A stretch of DNA of 64,000 nucleotides from an uncultured Planctomycetaceae bacterium (GCA_963815195.1 CAWFGE010000006.1:152260-216259), one strand, 5' to 3'; shown: positions 1 through 9,940, numbered from the stretch's first letter. Notes: generated from the letters alone by a model not told the origin. Numbers and translations: made by a program.

Positions 1-315
1 GAAAACCTCTTCGGCGACACCGCCGTGCTCGCGGGGCTTGTCCGCTGGAGCGCGCTCAAAAAACTTTCGCGCGAGCCGGACATTCTCCGGCAGCGGATCC
101 TGCACGGCAGCGATTATCCGTTGCCTCCTGCGCGATTGCCTTATCTCATGCGGACCGGTCTCTTCCCCGCGGAGCGACACAACCCGCTCGATCTCGACTG
201 GCGGATCAAATGCTCATTCGCCCTGGGACGATCCTATGGAAACCGCATCTTAGATTTGTTGGGAATCGACCAACACGCGGCGGTTTCCCATTCGCACGCG
301 GAGGCATCCACCTGA
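1..315 (+). CDS. Amidohydrolase-family protein, C-terminal part (5' truncated by the window)
   Basis: Open frame from base 1; LFGDTA...RILHGSDYP matches the C-terminal strands of TIM-barrel amidohydrolases. Confidence 0.7.
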   Translation, partial: ENLFGDTAVLAGLVRWSALKKLSREPDILRQRILHGSDYPLPPARLPYLMRTGLFPAERHNPLDLDWRIKCSFALGRSYGNRILDLLGIDQHAAVSHSHAEAST

Positions 316-341
316 CGGCGGCAAGATACCGCCGCTGCGTT
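314..341. repeat. REP-like palindrome half (family A: GTAGCGGCGGCATCTTGCCGCCG)
   Basis: gacggcggcaagataccgccgctgcgtt is a near reverse complement of 41239-41266; lies between convergent stop codons. Confidence 0.75.
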
Positions 342-1406
342 TTATGCCAGCGTGTAAGTTTCAAAGGGATGATCGCAAGGCGTGCCGCGGGTGATGTGCA
401 TTTGCCGGCGGCCCGGTTCGATGACGAGCGCGAACACGGTCTCCCAAAATCCATTGGCCGGTTCATCGTTCGCATGCCGGCAGATGGATGTCGGATAGTT
501 GTCGTGGTCCCGCAGCAATTGTTTGAGTTCCTCGATCGATCCTTCGGTCGTGGCCAGCAGGTTGTCGATCCGGCGTTTGCGGGCGTGGGATTGGATCAGT
601 TCGGGAAACTCCTCGTTGATGGGCACCAAATCGGGATGCACGCAGTGGTTCGTATGCGCGATCCAAGAAGAATCGTCCGGCCGGAGAACGCGGACATCAT
701 CGATGGTGACTTCCAGGTCGGCCGGGCCGTCGGGAGTGGCGAGCATGATATTGGCGGGAATCGCGCGATACGCCCGCCGCACAGATTCGACAGCCTCTTC
801 CAATGAATCGGCCTCGAAGAGTTCCCGCAACGTGAAATAATGCGGCACCCCCACCGGCCGGCTGGGAGCGGGCAGCGTGTTGACGCAGGCCCCGATGCCG
901 GTTTCGCTCAGGCCCATGTACGAAATCAGCCCAGCCTGCGTGCAGCACATCGTCGCCGGCTTGCCCTCGGGCCGGCGGGTGAGAACGACCGTAAACGCAT
1001 CGAGAACCGGGTCGTTGTCCCACGTCTGGGCGACGACGGCTCCGGTGCGGGTCCGCGGTTCGATCGCCAGCGAAGTGCAGCCGCCTGCCTGTTCCGGGGT
1101 GAATTGATTGCGGACCTGAAGCAGCATCAAATCGTCCAAGGTCACGCCCGCCGCTTCCGCCGTCCCGCGAAGCTCTTCCACGAGATCGGGCCGATAGTCT
1201 TCCGCATACTTTTGGCTCTGCCGGGCGATCTGGAGGGCCCGCTCGCGGGAAATGGGCACGGTCTTGTTGACCCGCGCGAGCGCAACCTCGCAAAAGCCCC
1301 GGACTTCCTCGCGGGCGGCCTCACCGATCTGCCGCCCCAACTCCCGCGGCGGTCCGCTCACGGCCATCTCGCGATACCGCGTGGGTGTGTCGCTCATAAC
1401 GCTCAC
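342..1406 (-). CDS. Peptidase C45 family (acyl-CoA:6-APA acyltransferase-like Ntn hydrolase)
   Basis: ELRGTAEAAG, GGCTS autocleavage site, AQTWD and HTNH motifs. Confidence 0.85.
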   Translation of the reverse strand: MSVMSDTPTRYREMAVSGPPRELGRQIGEAAREEVRGFCEVALARVNKTVPISRERALQIARQSQKYAEDYRPDLVEELRGTAEAAGVTLDDLMLLQVRNQFTPEQAGGCTSLAIEPRTRTGAVVAQTWDNDPVLDAFTVVLTRRPEGKPATMCCTQAGLISYMGLSETGIGACVNTLPAPSRPVGVPHYFTLRELFEADSLEEAVESVRRAYRAIPANIMLATPDGPADLEVTIDDVRVLRPDDSSWIAHTNHCVHPDLVPINEEFPELIQSHARKRRIDNLLATTEGSIEELKQLLRDHDNYPTSICRHANDEPANGFWETVFALVIEPGRRQMHITRGTPCDHPFETYTLA

Positions 1407-1712
1407 TCATGCTGTTGGGAGAATTCGTCAAACCTAAAACCCGCATCAAAACTCTACCCGGATTTGAAACCGCCGACAACGTCCGCGTTTCTTTTGCGAT
1501 ACATAGGATGTGTAACTCAGTAGTTCCAAATTATGGAAAAAGGACCGAAGGTCCGGTCCTAAATTCTTTTGGTACGGGCGTCTCGTCTGCTCATGCAGCC
1601 GGGACGGTTCGCCACATTCACACGAAATTTGGAGCGACTGAAATTGCAATCGTTCCTTGGATCGTTCACAGTTGAGGCGGGTGAACGAGCTTTGTCTCCG
1701 GCGAATCAGGCG

Positions 1713-2663
1713 ATGCACGACGGCGATTTTCTTCAGGCGATTGAAGCGGACCCGCAGAGCCAGGCGGTTCGCCTGGTGTACGCCGACTGGCTGGATGAGC
1801 AGGGCGATCTGCGCGGGGAGCTTTTGCGGATTCAAGAAGAACTTCGGCAGATTGAGGTTCGCGATCGGCCGCGCAAAGAAGCCCGCATGCACGAGTTGCT
1901 TGCGGATGGGAATGAGCCGCTGATGGTCGTTCGCGAATGGTTTCCCGGTATGGAAATGATCCTCGTTTTTCCGGGCGAGTTTCTGATGGGCAGCCCGCCG
2001 GCGGAAGAACGAAACCCGAATGAAAACCAGGTCGCCGCCCGGCTTAGCGAACCGTTTTATCTCAGCCGCCGTACCGTGACGCAAGGGCAATGGGCCTCGG
2101 TGATGAAGAGCAAACCCTGGAAGGGCCGGGATTGTATCAAGGACGATAAAGATCACCCCGCGGCGTATTTGAGTTGGAACGATGCGACGGCATTCTGCGA
2201 GGCACTCAGTTATCAAACCGAAACCCTGCCGGAGAACTGGATGTTCGCTTTGCCCACGGAGGCCCAATGGGAATACGCCTGCCGGGCCGGGACGACGACT
2301 CGGTATTGCTTTGGGAAGGACGAGGGACAATTGCCGGATTACGCCTGGTTCGACCGCAACGCCGCGCATGCGGGAAAGATGTACGCCCCGCGCTCGGGGC
2401 AACTCAAACCCAATCCGTGGGGCCTTTTCGACATACACGGCGGACTTTGGGAATGGTGCCGGGACTTCTATCAAAACACCCTGCCGGGCGGCAGCGATCC
2501 CTTGGTCACGCAAGCATCCGCCCATCGCGTGCGCCGCGGCGGGTGCTGGCTCAACCCTGACGTGGACTGCCGATCTGCCGTCCGCGGGTTTTCCTCGGCC
2601 GAAAGCCGCGTCAATTGGCTCGGCTTCCGCGTGGCTGTGGTCCCGAGAATCACCACTTCGTAA
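1713..2663 (+). CDS. TIGR02996 domain + formylglycine-generating-enzyme (FGE/SUMF1, CLec-fold) domain protein
   Basis: N-terminal FLQAIEADP...RLVYADWLDEQGD-RGE; FLMGSP, LPTEAQWEYACRAG, PNPWGLFDIHG, RGGCW...GFRV; ATG at 1713 preferred over the upstream GTA/TTG extension. Confidence 0.9.
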   Translation: MHDGDFLQAIEADPQSQAVRLVYADWLDEQGDLRGELLRIQEELRQIEVRDRPRKEARMHELLADGNEPLMVVREWFPGMEMILVFPGEFLMGSPPAEERNPNENQVAARLSEPFYLSRRTVTQGQWASVMKSKPWKGRDCIKDDKDHPAAYLSWNDATAFCEALSYQTETLPENWMFALPTEAQWEYACRAGTTTRYCFGKDEGQLPDYAWFDRNAAHAGKMYAPRSGQLKPNPWGLFDIHGGLWEWCRDFYQNTLPGGSDPLVTQASAHRVRRGGCWLNPDVDCRSAVRGFSSAESRVNWLGFRVAVVPRITTS

Positions 2664-2694
2664 AGACAGGAACCACGAAACACACGATTGACAA
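2660..2694 (+). repeat. Left inverted repeat (family B: GGAACCACGAA-nn-ACACGA)
   Basis: gtaaagacaggaaccacgaaacacacgatt; inverted counterpart at 3509-3547; similar arms at 46360 and 46463. Confidence 0.75.
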
Positions 2695-2709
2695 TCAGAC
2701 GAGGATTCA

Positions 2710-3489
2710 ATGCTTGCTATCCCAAAAAACCTGGAACGTCGGTTTCGCGATTTGGTCGATAAATACGATCATAAATACGATCTTACCGATCACTTCCGTG
2801 AATTGCGGCGTTCTGTTCGTTCGGGCTTCGCGATTCATCGGGGAAAGCGGTCGAAGATACCGGGGACATCGCGATTTGGCGGCATACCCGATGTCCCCGA
2901 TGTCCCCGATGGTTTTCGGTGGCCACGAAGTCCACTCGGAGCCTTACATTTTGTTGCACAGATCAAACTCAGCGAACTGCCGAAGTTCGTCGATTCGTTA
3001 CCACGAAGTGGTTACTTGCTCTTCTTCGCTGGCGGCGAGGGTTGCCCTTGCGCGGTGTTCTGGTTTGCAAATTCCCCCAAAGCGATGAAGCCAGCCACTC
3101 CACCTGATCTCGATGATTTTACGCCCGGCATCGCTCATACGCCAATTTTCACTGCAACGCCTATCCGGTTTGTTCCAGCCATCTATATTCCGCCAGTCGA
3201 TCCTTTACGCTGCGACGATGACGACTTCTTTGACCGTCATTATGAATTGATAGGCCAATTGGAGGACTCCGACAGCCGCTTGCTGGGATACTCCTATTAC
3301 GATCCAGGCGACCACGGATTGCCGGGCGGTTTCAAAAAATGGGATCCGCTTCTTCAAGTTGATTCGTCTTATCCATGCTCCGATATGCTTTGGAATGACA
3401 ACGGGAAATTGGCTTTTTTCGTTCGCCGTGGTTGCGTTAAGAGATCCGCGTTCGGACGACCTGCTTCACTGATTCTCGGAGCCGGCTAG
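2710..3489 (+). CDS. DUF1963 (YwqG-like) protein, putative immunity-type protein
   Basis: SRFGGIPDVPDGFRWP, LHFVAQIKLSEL, LPRSGYLLFF, LLQVDS, MLWNDNGKLAFF; more A/T-ending codons than neighbours. Confidence 0.85.
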   Translation: MLAIPKNLERRFRDLVDKYDHKYDLTDHFRELRRSVRSGFAIHRGKRSKIPGTSRFGGIPDVPDVPDGFRWPRSPLGALHFVAQIKLSELPKFVDSLPRSGYLLFFAGGEGCPCAVFWFANSPKAMKPATPPDLDDFTPGIAHTPIFTATPIRFVPAIYIPPVDPLRCDDDDFFDRHYELIGQLEDSDSRLLGYSYYDPGDHGLPGGFKKWDPLLQVDSSYPCSDMLWNDNGKLAFFVRRGCVKRSAFGRPASLILGAG

Positions 3490-3508
3490 ACTCGCGATCC
3501 CCAAAAAA

Positions 3509-3547
3509 TTCGCGGGATTCGTGTCATTCGTGGTTCCCATCTTTTAC
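3509..3547 (-). repeat. Right inverted repeat (family B)
   Basis: Reverse complement reads gtaaaagatgggaaccacgaatgacacgaatcccgcgaa. Confidence 0.75.
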
Positions 3548-3601
3548 ATTCTGAGTTCCCATACTTTTTCTCGATCCGTTTGAATCGTTTTGAGTTACCT
3601 A

Positions 3602-4822
3602 ATGAATCCTTCCGAACATCCCGCGACTTCCGAGGAACTGGCGGCGTTTCTTCAGGAGAACGCGGCGGGCGAGCGGCGGGCGATTGTTCCCGTCGGCGGC
3701 GGGACTTGGCTGGATTTTGGGTATCCCGCCAGGCCGGGCGTGGAACTTCATACCGGCGGGCTTTCGCGGGTTTTGGATTATCCCGCCCGCGATATGACGA
3801 TCACCGTGGAAGCCGGACTGCCTGTCCAACAGCTTCAGGAAACTCTAAGAAAAGAACGCCAACAGGTGCCGGTGGATTTTCCCGAAGTCGATCGAGCGAC
3901 CGTCGGCGGGGTGATTGCGGCGAATGTCTTCGGCCCCCGGCGGTTTGGCTCCGGAACGCTGAGGGATTATGTGATCGGGATCACCGCCGTCGATGCGGGC
4001 GGGCGGGTGTTTCACGCGGGCGGGCGGGTCGTCAAAAACGTGGCGGGGTACGATCTCTGCAAACTGATGGTCGGCTCCTGGGGCACGCTGGCGGTGCTGA
4101 CGGAAGTCACCCTCAAAGTCACCCCCATTCCCGAAACCCACGCCTGGATCTGGTCGTGTTGGAAGAGTCTGGATCAGATCGATACCGCGGCCGCCCGGCT
4201 GCTCACCTCCGAAACTCGCCCGGTGGCCATGGAAGTGCTCAACCTAACCGCCGCGGCTCGCATTGTCGAACCTCTCGGTCAAACATGGCCCGCCGAGCCG
4301 TTCGTGCTTGCGGTGCTGGTCGCGGGCTCGGCTGCGGACACCGAATGGCAAACGCAAAAGCTGAAAGAAGAACTCGCCCCGCATCAGCCGAGCACTGTCG
4401 ATGTTGCGACCGGTTCGGAAGCGGAGAATTTGCTCAATTCGCTCACAAGCTTTGGCGTCACCGAAAGCCGATTTTCCATTCGCGCCCATTTGCTGCCTTC
4501 GCGGACGATGGAGTTTATCGACCGGGCGAGCCAAGCGGGATTTCTCGTGCAAGCGCACGCTGGGAACGGCATCGTCATCGCCCAGGCTCCCGAAGATCTG
4601 ACCTCAGTTGAAGACGCCTCGGGGAAAATCGCTGCGCTGCGCGAACTGGCCGAATCGCAAATGGGCAGTTTGATTCTCACCCGCTGCCCCGCGGAGTGGA
4701 AAACTGAAATCCACGTGTTCGGCAGCGGGCAATCCGCCTGGCCTTTGATGAAAAAACTGAAAACCTCCCTCGATCCCCACAACCTGCTCAGCCCGCATCG
4801 CTTGTTTGAGCCCGAGGGATAA
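3602..4822 (+). CDS. glcE: Glycolate oxidase FAD-binding subunit
   Basis: ATVGGVIAAN, GPRRFGSGTLRDYVIG, GGRVVKNVAGYDLCKLMVGSWGTL, C-terminal LDPHNLLSP; adjacent to glcF. Confidence 0.88.
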   Translation: MNPSEHPATSEELAAFLQENAAGERRAIVPVGGGTWLDFGYPARPGVELHTGGLSRVLDYPARDMTITVEAGLPVQQLQETLRKERQQVPVDFPEVDRATVGGVIAANVFGPRRFGSGTLRDYVIGITAVDAGGRVFHAGGRVVKNVAGYDLCKLMVGSWGTLAVLTEVTLKVTPIPETHAWIWSCWKSLDQIDTAAARLLTSETRPVAMEVLNLTAAARIVEPLGQTWPAEPFVLAVLVAGSAADTEWQTQKLKEELAPHQPSTVDVATGSEAENLLNSLTSFGVTESRFSIRAHLLPSRTMEFIDRASQAGFLVQAHAGNGIVIAQAPEDLTSVEDASGKIAALRELAESQMGSLILTRCPAEWKTEIHVFGSGQSAWPLMKKLKTSLDPHNLLSPHRLFEPEG

Positions 4823-4877
4823 CCGACAATGGTCTGTTGAGACACGTCATCCACCGCCTAATTCCACCGTTGAAAAC

Positions 4878-6256
4878 ATGAATCAAACCGCCGCTGGTTC
4901 TTCTATAAAACCCTCCGCTGCAGAGAACGAAGCCGACGTGCTGCCGCTCGGGCATTCGATCGACTACGACCGGTTTCTGGACTGCGTGCATTGCGGGTTG
5001 TGCACCTCGGCTTGCCCGACGTATCTTGAAACGGGCAACGAGAACGACAGCCCGCGCGGGCGGATTTATTTGATGCGGGCCGTCACCGACGGCCGGCTGG
5101 AGTTGACGGAGAAAGTCGAAAGGCATCTGGAACTCTGCCTCGACTGCCGAAGCTGCGAAACCGCCTGTCCCTCCGGCGTGCAGTATGGGCGGCTGATCGA
5201 ACCCTTCCGCGTGGAACTCCAGCAGGCCCACGCCGCGAGTGGAAAACCCGCGATGGGCGGCCTTGAGAAGTTGATTCTCTATCACCTGTTTCCCTATCCG
5301 GGCCGATTGCGCGTCGCATTGGGATTGGCCCGTTGGATGCAGATTTTGAAATTGGATCGGCTCGCGGAATCGTTGGGACTCATGAAAATCCTGCCGGAAA
5401 TGCCCCGGCGGATGCAGCGTCTGTTGCCGCGATTGCCAAAACGCCCGCCCAGGTTGCCGGAGGTCCTGCCCGCGAAAGGGCCGAAGCGGCGCGGGTGGGG
5501 TTGTTTACGGGCTGCGTGGCCGACGCGATGTTCGCGGAGACCAATGCCGCGACCGCGCGGGTGCTTCAGGAGAACGGCTGCGAAGTGGTGGTGCCGCGAA
5601 ATCAAAACTGCTGCGGGGCGATTCACTATCACAGCGGAGCCGCCGACCCGGCGATTCGGTTCGCCGCCGACAACGCCCGCGCGTTTCCGCAGGATGTGGA
5701 GGCGGTGATCGTGAACGTCGCCGGCTGCGGCTCGATGCTCAAAGATTACGGGCACGTGGCCGAGGAGTTGGATTGCGACCGCATTATGCAGGACAAGCTT
5801 TCCGCGTTCGCGGGGCGGGTTCGCGATGTCACGGAGTTCCTCGCGGAACTCGGGCCGATCCCGCCCAAGGGGGAAATCCCCCTCAAGGCGACCTATCACG
5901 ATGCCTGCCACCTCGCGCACGCCCAAAAAATCCAGGACCCGCCGCGGATGCTCCTGGGGTTGATTCCGGGTTTAGAGCTCGTGCCGTTGTCCGAGTCGAC
6001 AATCTGCTGCGGAGCCGCGGGCAGCTATAACCTGACGGAACCGGAAATGGCGGATCAACTCGCCGAGCGCAAGCTCAAACACATTCTCCAAACCGGCGCG
6101 GAGGCGGTCATTATGGCGAACGCGGGGTGTGCCTTGCAGATTGGGGCGGCGCTCCGGGAAGCGGGCCATGACCTGTGGGTCGCGCATCCCATGGATCTAT
6201 TGGACCTCAGCTATCGCCGGCAAATGCGGCCCTCCGGTCCGAAACAGGGAAGCTGA
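4878..6256 (+). CDS. glcF: Glycolate oxidase Fe-S subunit (frameshift near 5490)
   Basis: CVHCGLCTSACP and CLDCRSCETACP in the 4806-5708 frame; LFTGCV, CCGA, YHDACH, CCGAAGSY in the 5333-6256 frame. Confidence 0.9.
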
Positions 6257-6622
6257 TTACCCCAACTCTTCCAGATACTTGAGCGCCTTGCGGGCCTGGT
6301 CGATGCCGCCCAATTCGTCAACCAGTTTTTTTGCTTCCACCAGATTCTCGGCGGTCAGGCGATTGGAAGTTGACGAGCGTGGAGCCGACGCCTTTGCGGC
6401 CGGTTTCCTGCCGCGCCGCTTCTTGACCGGTGCCGATGCCGCCGGTTGTCCGCCGGATTCATTCATTCGCCGTTTGACTTGATGGATCAAATTCGCCGTT
6501 ACATCGATCCCGCGGGCGGCAAGATCGGGAATGATGACAGACGGCTTGGCGTCCGGATAGTCGGCCAGGTAATCACGAACAGCTTGGCTGCGGTTGACGC
6601 CTTGGGCTTTCTTTTTGGCCAT
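6257..6622 (-). CDS. Small basic hypothetical protein, possibly DNA-binding
   Basis: VNRSQAVRDYL N-terminus, KKRRGRKP linker, AKKLVDELGGIDQARKAL C-terminus. Confidence 0.7.
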   Translation of the reverse strand: MAKKKAQGVNRSQAVRDYLADYPDAKPSVIIPDLAARGIDVTANLIHQVKRRMNESGGQPAASAPVKKRRGRKPAAKASAPRSSTSNRLTAENLVEAKKLVDELGGIDQARKALKYLEELG

Positions 6623-6757
6623 AATCGGGGTCCGCCAGGGGTGAATTTCGGTGTGTCAGTTTTTGACATGTTAGCAATTTCAGATGACACAAGGAACTAT
6701 ACAGGGATGTCCGGAGCGTCGGGCTGTCGATTTGCATAAACTTTAAGGAGCGTTCCC

Positions 6758-7744
6758 ATGCATCACGGAGACGTGTCCGCCGACATCGCCAAGGGGCTGT
6801 TGTCACTGAAGAAGCGAATTGCAGCCGCTGACATTCCGCCTTCAAAACTCGATGAGACGATCAATGTCGCCGTTTGGAACATTCGCGAGTTCGGCAAAAA
6901 GCGGCGGACCAAGGCCGCCCTGCATTACATTGCGGAAATCCTCGGGCAGTTCGATCTGATCGCGCTGGTCGAACTCCGCGACAACCTGTCGGATTTGGGC
7001 TGCGTGCTTCCGTTTCTCGGGCCGAGCTGGGACGTGGTGTATTCCGATTGGATGGACGATCCCGGCGCGAACCACGAGCGGATCGGGTTCCTGTATGATC
7101 GGCGGGCGGTGATCTTCAACGGATTGGCGGCGGAAATCGACGCGCCGCGGAAGAAGTCGGCCACGGAGTATCTGGCGAACCAGTCCTTCTGGCGCGCCCC
7201 TTACATGTGCTCGTTCCGGGCCGGGAACTTCGATTTCATCGCCGTCGCAACGCATGCCCGCTGGGGAAACGAGATCGAAGGCCGGGAAGCCGAACTCCAG
7301 ATGCTGGCCGACTGGATCGACACCCGCTTCAAACACAAATACGTCGAAGACCACGACCTGATTGTTATGGGCGACTTCAACGTCCCAAAACTCGACGACG
7401 ACCTCTTCAAAGCGCTCACCAGCCGGGGCCTGCAGATTCCGGACTCGCTCCGCGAACTCAAGGCCGGCGAACAGATCGTAAAGGGGACCAACCTCGGCAA
7501 ATCCGCGCGTTACGACCAGATCCTGCACTTGCCGACGATGAAGAAGCGCTTCAGCAACCGCGGCGGCACGTTGGATTTTTTTGGCAGCGACGCGCAGATT
7601 AAAACGCTGTTTCCGGGAAAGAACTACACGCGAACCCAATTCAGCTTCCAGCTCTCCGACCACCTGCCCCTGTGGGTGCAAATCAACACGGACATCGACG
7701 GCGACCGGCTGGAGCAGATCGTTCAGGACAACAAGAAAGACTGA
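6758..7744 (+). CDS. Endonuclease/exonuclease/phosphatase (DNase I-like) family protein
   Basis: WNIREF, DLIALVE, GDFN, YDQI, SDHLP motifs; AAGGAG RBS. Confidence 0.9.
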   Translation: MHHGDVSADIAKGLLSLKKRIAAADIPPSKLDETINVAVWNIREFGKKRRTKAALHYIAEILGQFDLIALVELRDNLSDLGCVLPFLGPSWDVVYSDWMDDPGANHERIGFLYDRRAVIFNGLAAEIDAPRKKSATEYLANQSFWRAPYMCSFRAGNFDFIAVATHARWGNEIEGREAELQMLADWIDTRFKHKYVEDHDLIVMGDFNVPKLDDDLFKALTSRGLQIPDSLRELKAGEQIVKGTNLGKSARYDQILHLPTMKKRFSNRGGTLDFFGSDAQIKTLFPGKNYTRTQFSFQLSDHLPLWVQINTDIDGDRLEQIVQDNKKD

Positions 7745-7773
7745 CCCGTTCCCGTCGCCTCGCAATCCGGGGA

Positions 7774-9048
7774 CTACCCCCGGCGGGTTTTTCTGGCGTG
7801 TTCTTCCAGCGGGACCGGGATTTTGTTGAGGAGCATGGTGATCACATCGTCGGCGGTCACGCTTTCGCTGTCCGCTTGGAAGTTCGTCACGATGCGATGC
7901 CTGAGCACGGGATGGGCGACGGCGGCGATGTCTTTGCTGCTGACGTGAAACCGGCCTTCCAGAATCGCCCGGGCTTTCGCTCCTAGAATCAAATACTGCC
8001 CGGCCCGCGGACCCGCGCCCCAGGAGATGTATTCCCGCACGAACCGCGGCGACTCGGACTCGCCCGGCCGCGTGGCCCGCACCAGATCGCGGGCATAAAT
8101 GAAGACATGCTCGGCCACCGGCACCCGGCGGACGACTTCCTGAAGCGCCAAAATCTGGCTGCCGGTGAGGGCGGTCTTCAGTTCCGGCTCGTGCCCGCCC
8201 GTGGTCTGTTTGAGGATTCGCAGTTCCTCCGCCGCCGAGGGATACTTGACGACGATGTTGAACATGAACCGGTCGAGTTGGGCTTCGGGCAGCGGATAGG
8301 TGCCTTCCTGCTCGATGGGGTTTTGCGTGGCGAGGACGAAAAACGGCTGCGGCAGCCGATAGGTGTTGGAGCCGACCGTCACGTGCCGTTCCTGCATGGC
8401 TTCCAAAAGAGCCGCCTGCGTTTTGGGCGGGGTGCGGTTGATTTCATCCGCAAGGAGCATATTGGTAAACAGCGGCCCCTGCATGAACTGAAACGTCCGC
8501 CGGCCCGTTTCGGGATCGTCTTGCAAAACATCGGTGCCGGTGATGTCGGAGGGCATCAGGTCCGGCGTGAATTGAATCCGCCGAAACGAGAGCTGCAGAA
8601 TCTGGGCGATGGTGCTGACCAACAAGGTTTTCGCCAACCCCGGCACGCCGACGAGCAGACAATGCCCGCGGCTGAAAAGCGCGATCAACAACTGATCCAC
8701 AATGTCGTGCTGGCCGATGATGACCTTGCGGATCTCCTGCCGCATCCGGTTGTACGCGGCGGAGAGTCCGCGGATGGCCTGGGCTTCGCGCTCGCGGGCA
8801 TCCATCTCCCCCGAGGAAACTGGGGGCAGGTCTTCGATTTCGTCCTGCCCGGACGCAAACACGGGCGGAGGTTTGACGGCGAAGGGATTCTCCTTGGGGA
8901 TCTCAGGTTCGTCCGCAGCGTCGGCGGTCGGTGGGGGCGCATGCTCCTGAGAATGTCCGGGCCCTTCGTTCAGCGTCTCCTCGATGAAATCGTCGAAGAC
9001 ATCATCGCCGAGGGGTTCGTCCAATTCGTCGCGGGGGTCGTCGTTCAT
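7774..9048 (-). CDS. MoxR-family AAA+ ATPase with acidic N-terminal extension
   Basis: [62 protein letters not shown]. Confidence 0.95.
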   Translation of the reverse strand: MNDDPRDELDEPLGDDVFDDFIEETLNEGPGHSQEHAPPPTADAADEPEIPKENPFAVKPPPVFASGQDEIEDLPPVSSGEMDAREREAQAIRGLSAAYNRMRQEIRKVIIGQHDIVDQLLIALFSRGHCLLVGVPGLAKTLLVSTIAQILQLSFRRIQFTPDLMPSDITGTDVLQDDPETGRRTFQFMQGPLFTNMLLADEINRTPPKTQAALLEAMQERHVTVGSNTYRLPQPFFVLATQNPIEQEGTYPLPEAQLDRFMFNIVVKYPSAAEELRILKQTTGGHEPELKTALTGSQILALQEVVRRVPVAEHVFIYARDLVRATRPGESESPRFVREYISWGAGPRAGQYLILGAKARAILEGRFHVSSKDIAAVAHPVLRHRIVTNFQADSESVTADDVITMLLNKIPVPLEEHARKTRRG

Positions 9049-9114
9049 GAGGCCTTGCGGTTTTTACTCTCGGGTTTGTCGAAGAATTTTTCTTAACCGG
9101 CATCTCGATCCGTG

Positions 9115-9360
9115 CTATGAACCCGTTACTTCCGTCACTTTTTGCGCGATCCCTTGTCCCGCCGTGGGCGGAGGCAGCGGTTTGCCTTCCTCCTTCAGAT
9201 GGTTCAACCATTCCTCCACAATCCGGCAAAGCTCGGCGTAAACTTTGGCTTCCTCATCACCGTGACAACAGGGACCGATGATTCCCGGACATTGGCCTAC
9301 GAAGCATGCATCTTCCTCAGACCATTCCACGATTTTGACGTATTTTGCACTGTCATTCAC
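9115..9360 (-). CDS. hicB: HicB-like antitoxin
   Basis: YVKIVEWSEED..FVGQCP...HGD...GKPLPPP; overlaps the hicA stop. Confidence 0.8.
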   Translation of the reverse strand: MNDSAKYVKIVEWSEEDACFVGQCPGIIGPCCHGDEEAKVYAELCRIVEEWLNHLKEEGKPLPPPTAGQGIAQKVTEVTGS

Positions 9361-9551
9361 GACTGGGATTCCTCAATAGCTTTTCTCACTTCCCTCTCTT
9401 GGTAGGGCCTGGCATCTGTCCCCAATTTACCGGAAATCGTAATCCTTATCCCCTGAGGATGTTCATAATTCCTGTGGCTTCCCTTTCCGCCACGATTAAT
9501 GAATCCTGCATTCGCAAGATCTTGAATGAGTTCCCGGATTTTGCACGGCAT
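9357..9551 (-). CDS. hicA: HicA-like mRNA interferase toxin
   Basis: 64 aa; LANAGF...GKGSHRNYEHP. Confidence 0.85.
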   Translation of the reverse strand: MPCKIRELIQDLANAGFINRGGKGSHRNYEHPQGIRITISGKLGTDARPYQEREVRKAIEESQS

Positions 9552-9598
9552 AAACTCCTCGAATAAACCACCCCATTGTGAATGCTTTCGGCGAGAGG

Positions 9599-9940
9599 CT
9601 AATCCTCGTGGTCTTCGGTTTCGTCGGCGGGACTCAGGGTGGCGTCGCTCGGGGTGCGGCGGAAGACGGCGCAGACATCTTCCACGGGAACGACGTACAG
9701 CAGGTTGTCCGGCTCCAGATCGACCGGGATCGCGTGCTTGGGGTTGAACAACACCTTATCGTATTTGCGGATCGGGAAATCCTCGTCGCGGTCGATCTGC
9801 ACGCTGATTTCCACCACGCGGCCGGTGATGGTCGGGATCTCCGCATCATCGGGCAGCACGATTCCGCCCCGCGTCGTTTGGCGGCTTTCATCTTTGCGGA
9901 TCAAAATCCGCATTCCCAAAGGTTCCACGAACTCGCCCAA
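9599..9940 (-). CDS. GroES/Cpn10-like co-chaperonin (no adjacent groEL)
   Basis: VEPLGMRILIR...TTRGGIVLPD...TGRVVEI...DKVLF; probable TTG start at 9940 after AAGGGAG. Confidence 0.8.
   Translation of the reverse strand: MGEFVEPLGMRILIRKDESRQTTRGGIVLPDDAEIPTITGRVVEISVQIDRDEDFPIRKYDKVLFNPKHAIPVDLEPDNLLYVVPVEDVCAVFRRTPSDATLSPADETEDHED

Noticed and set aside
2756..2910. Micro-duplications in the DUF1963 gene (DKYDHKYD; cccgatgtc about x3)
   Set aside because: Short in-frame slippage repeats with no sign of a wider pattern.
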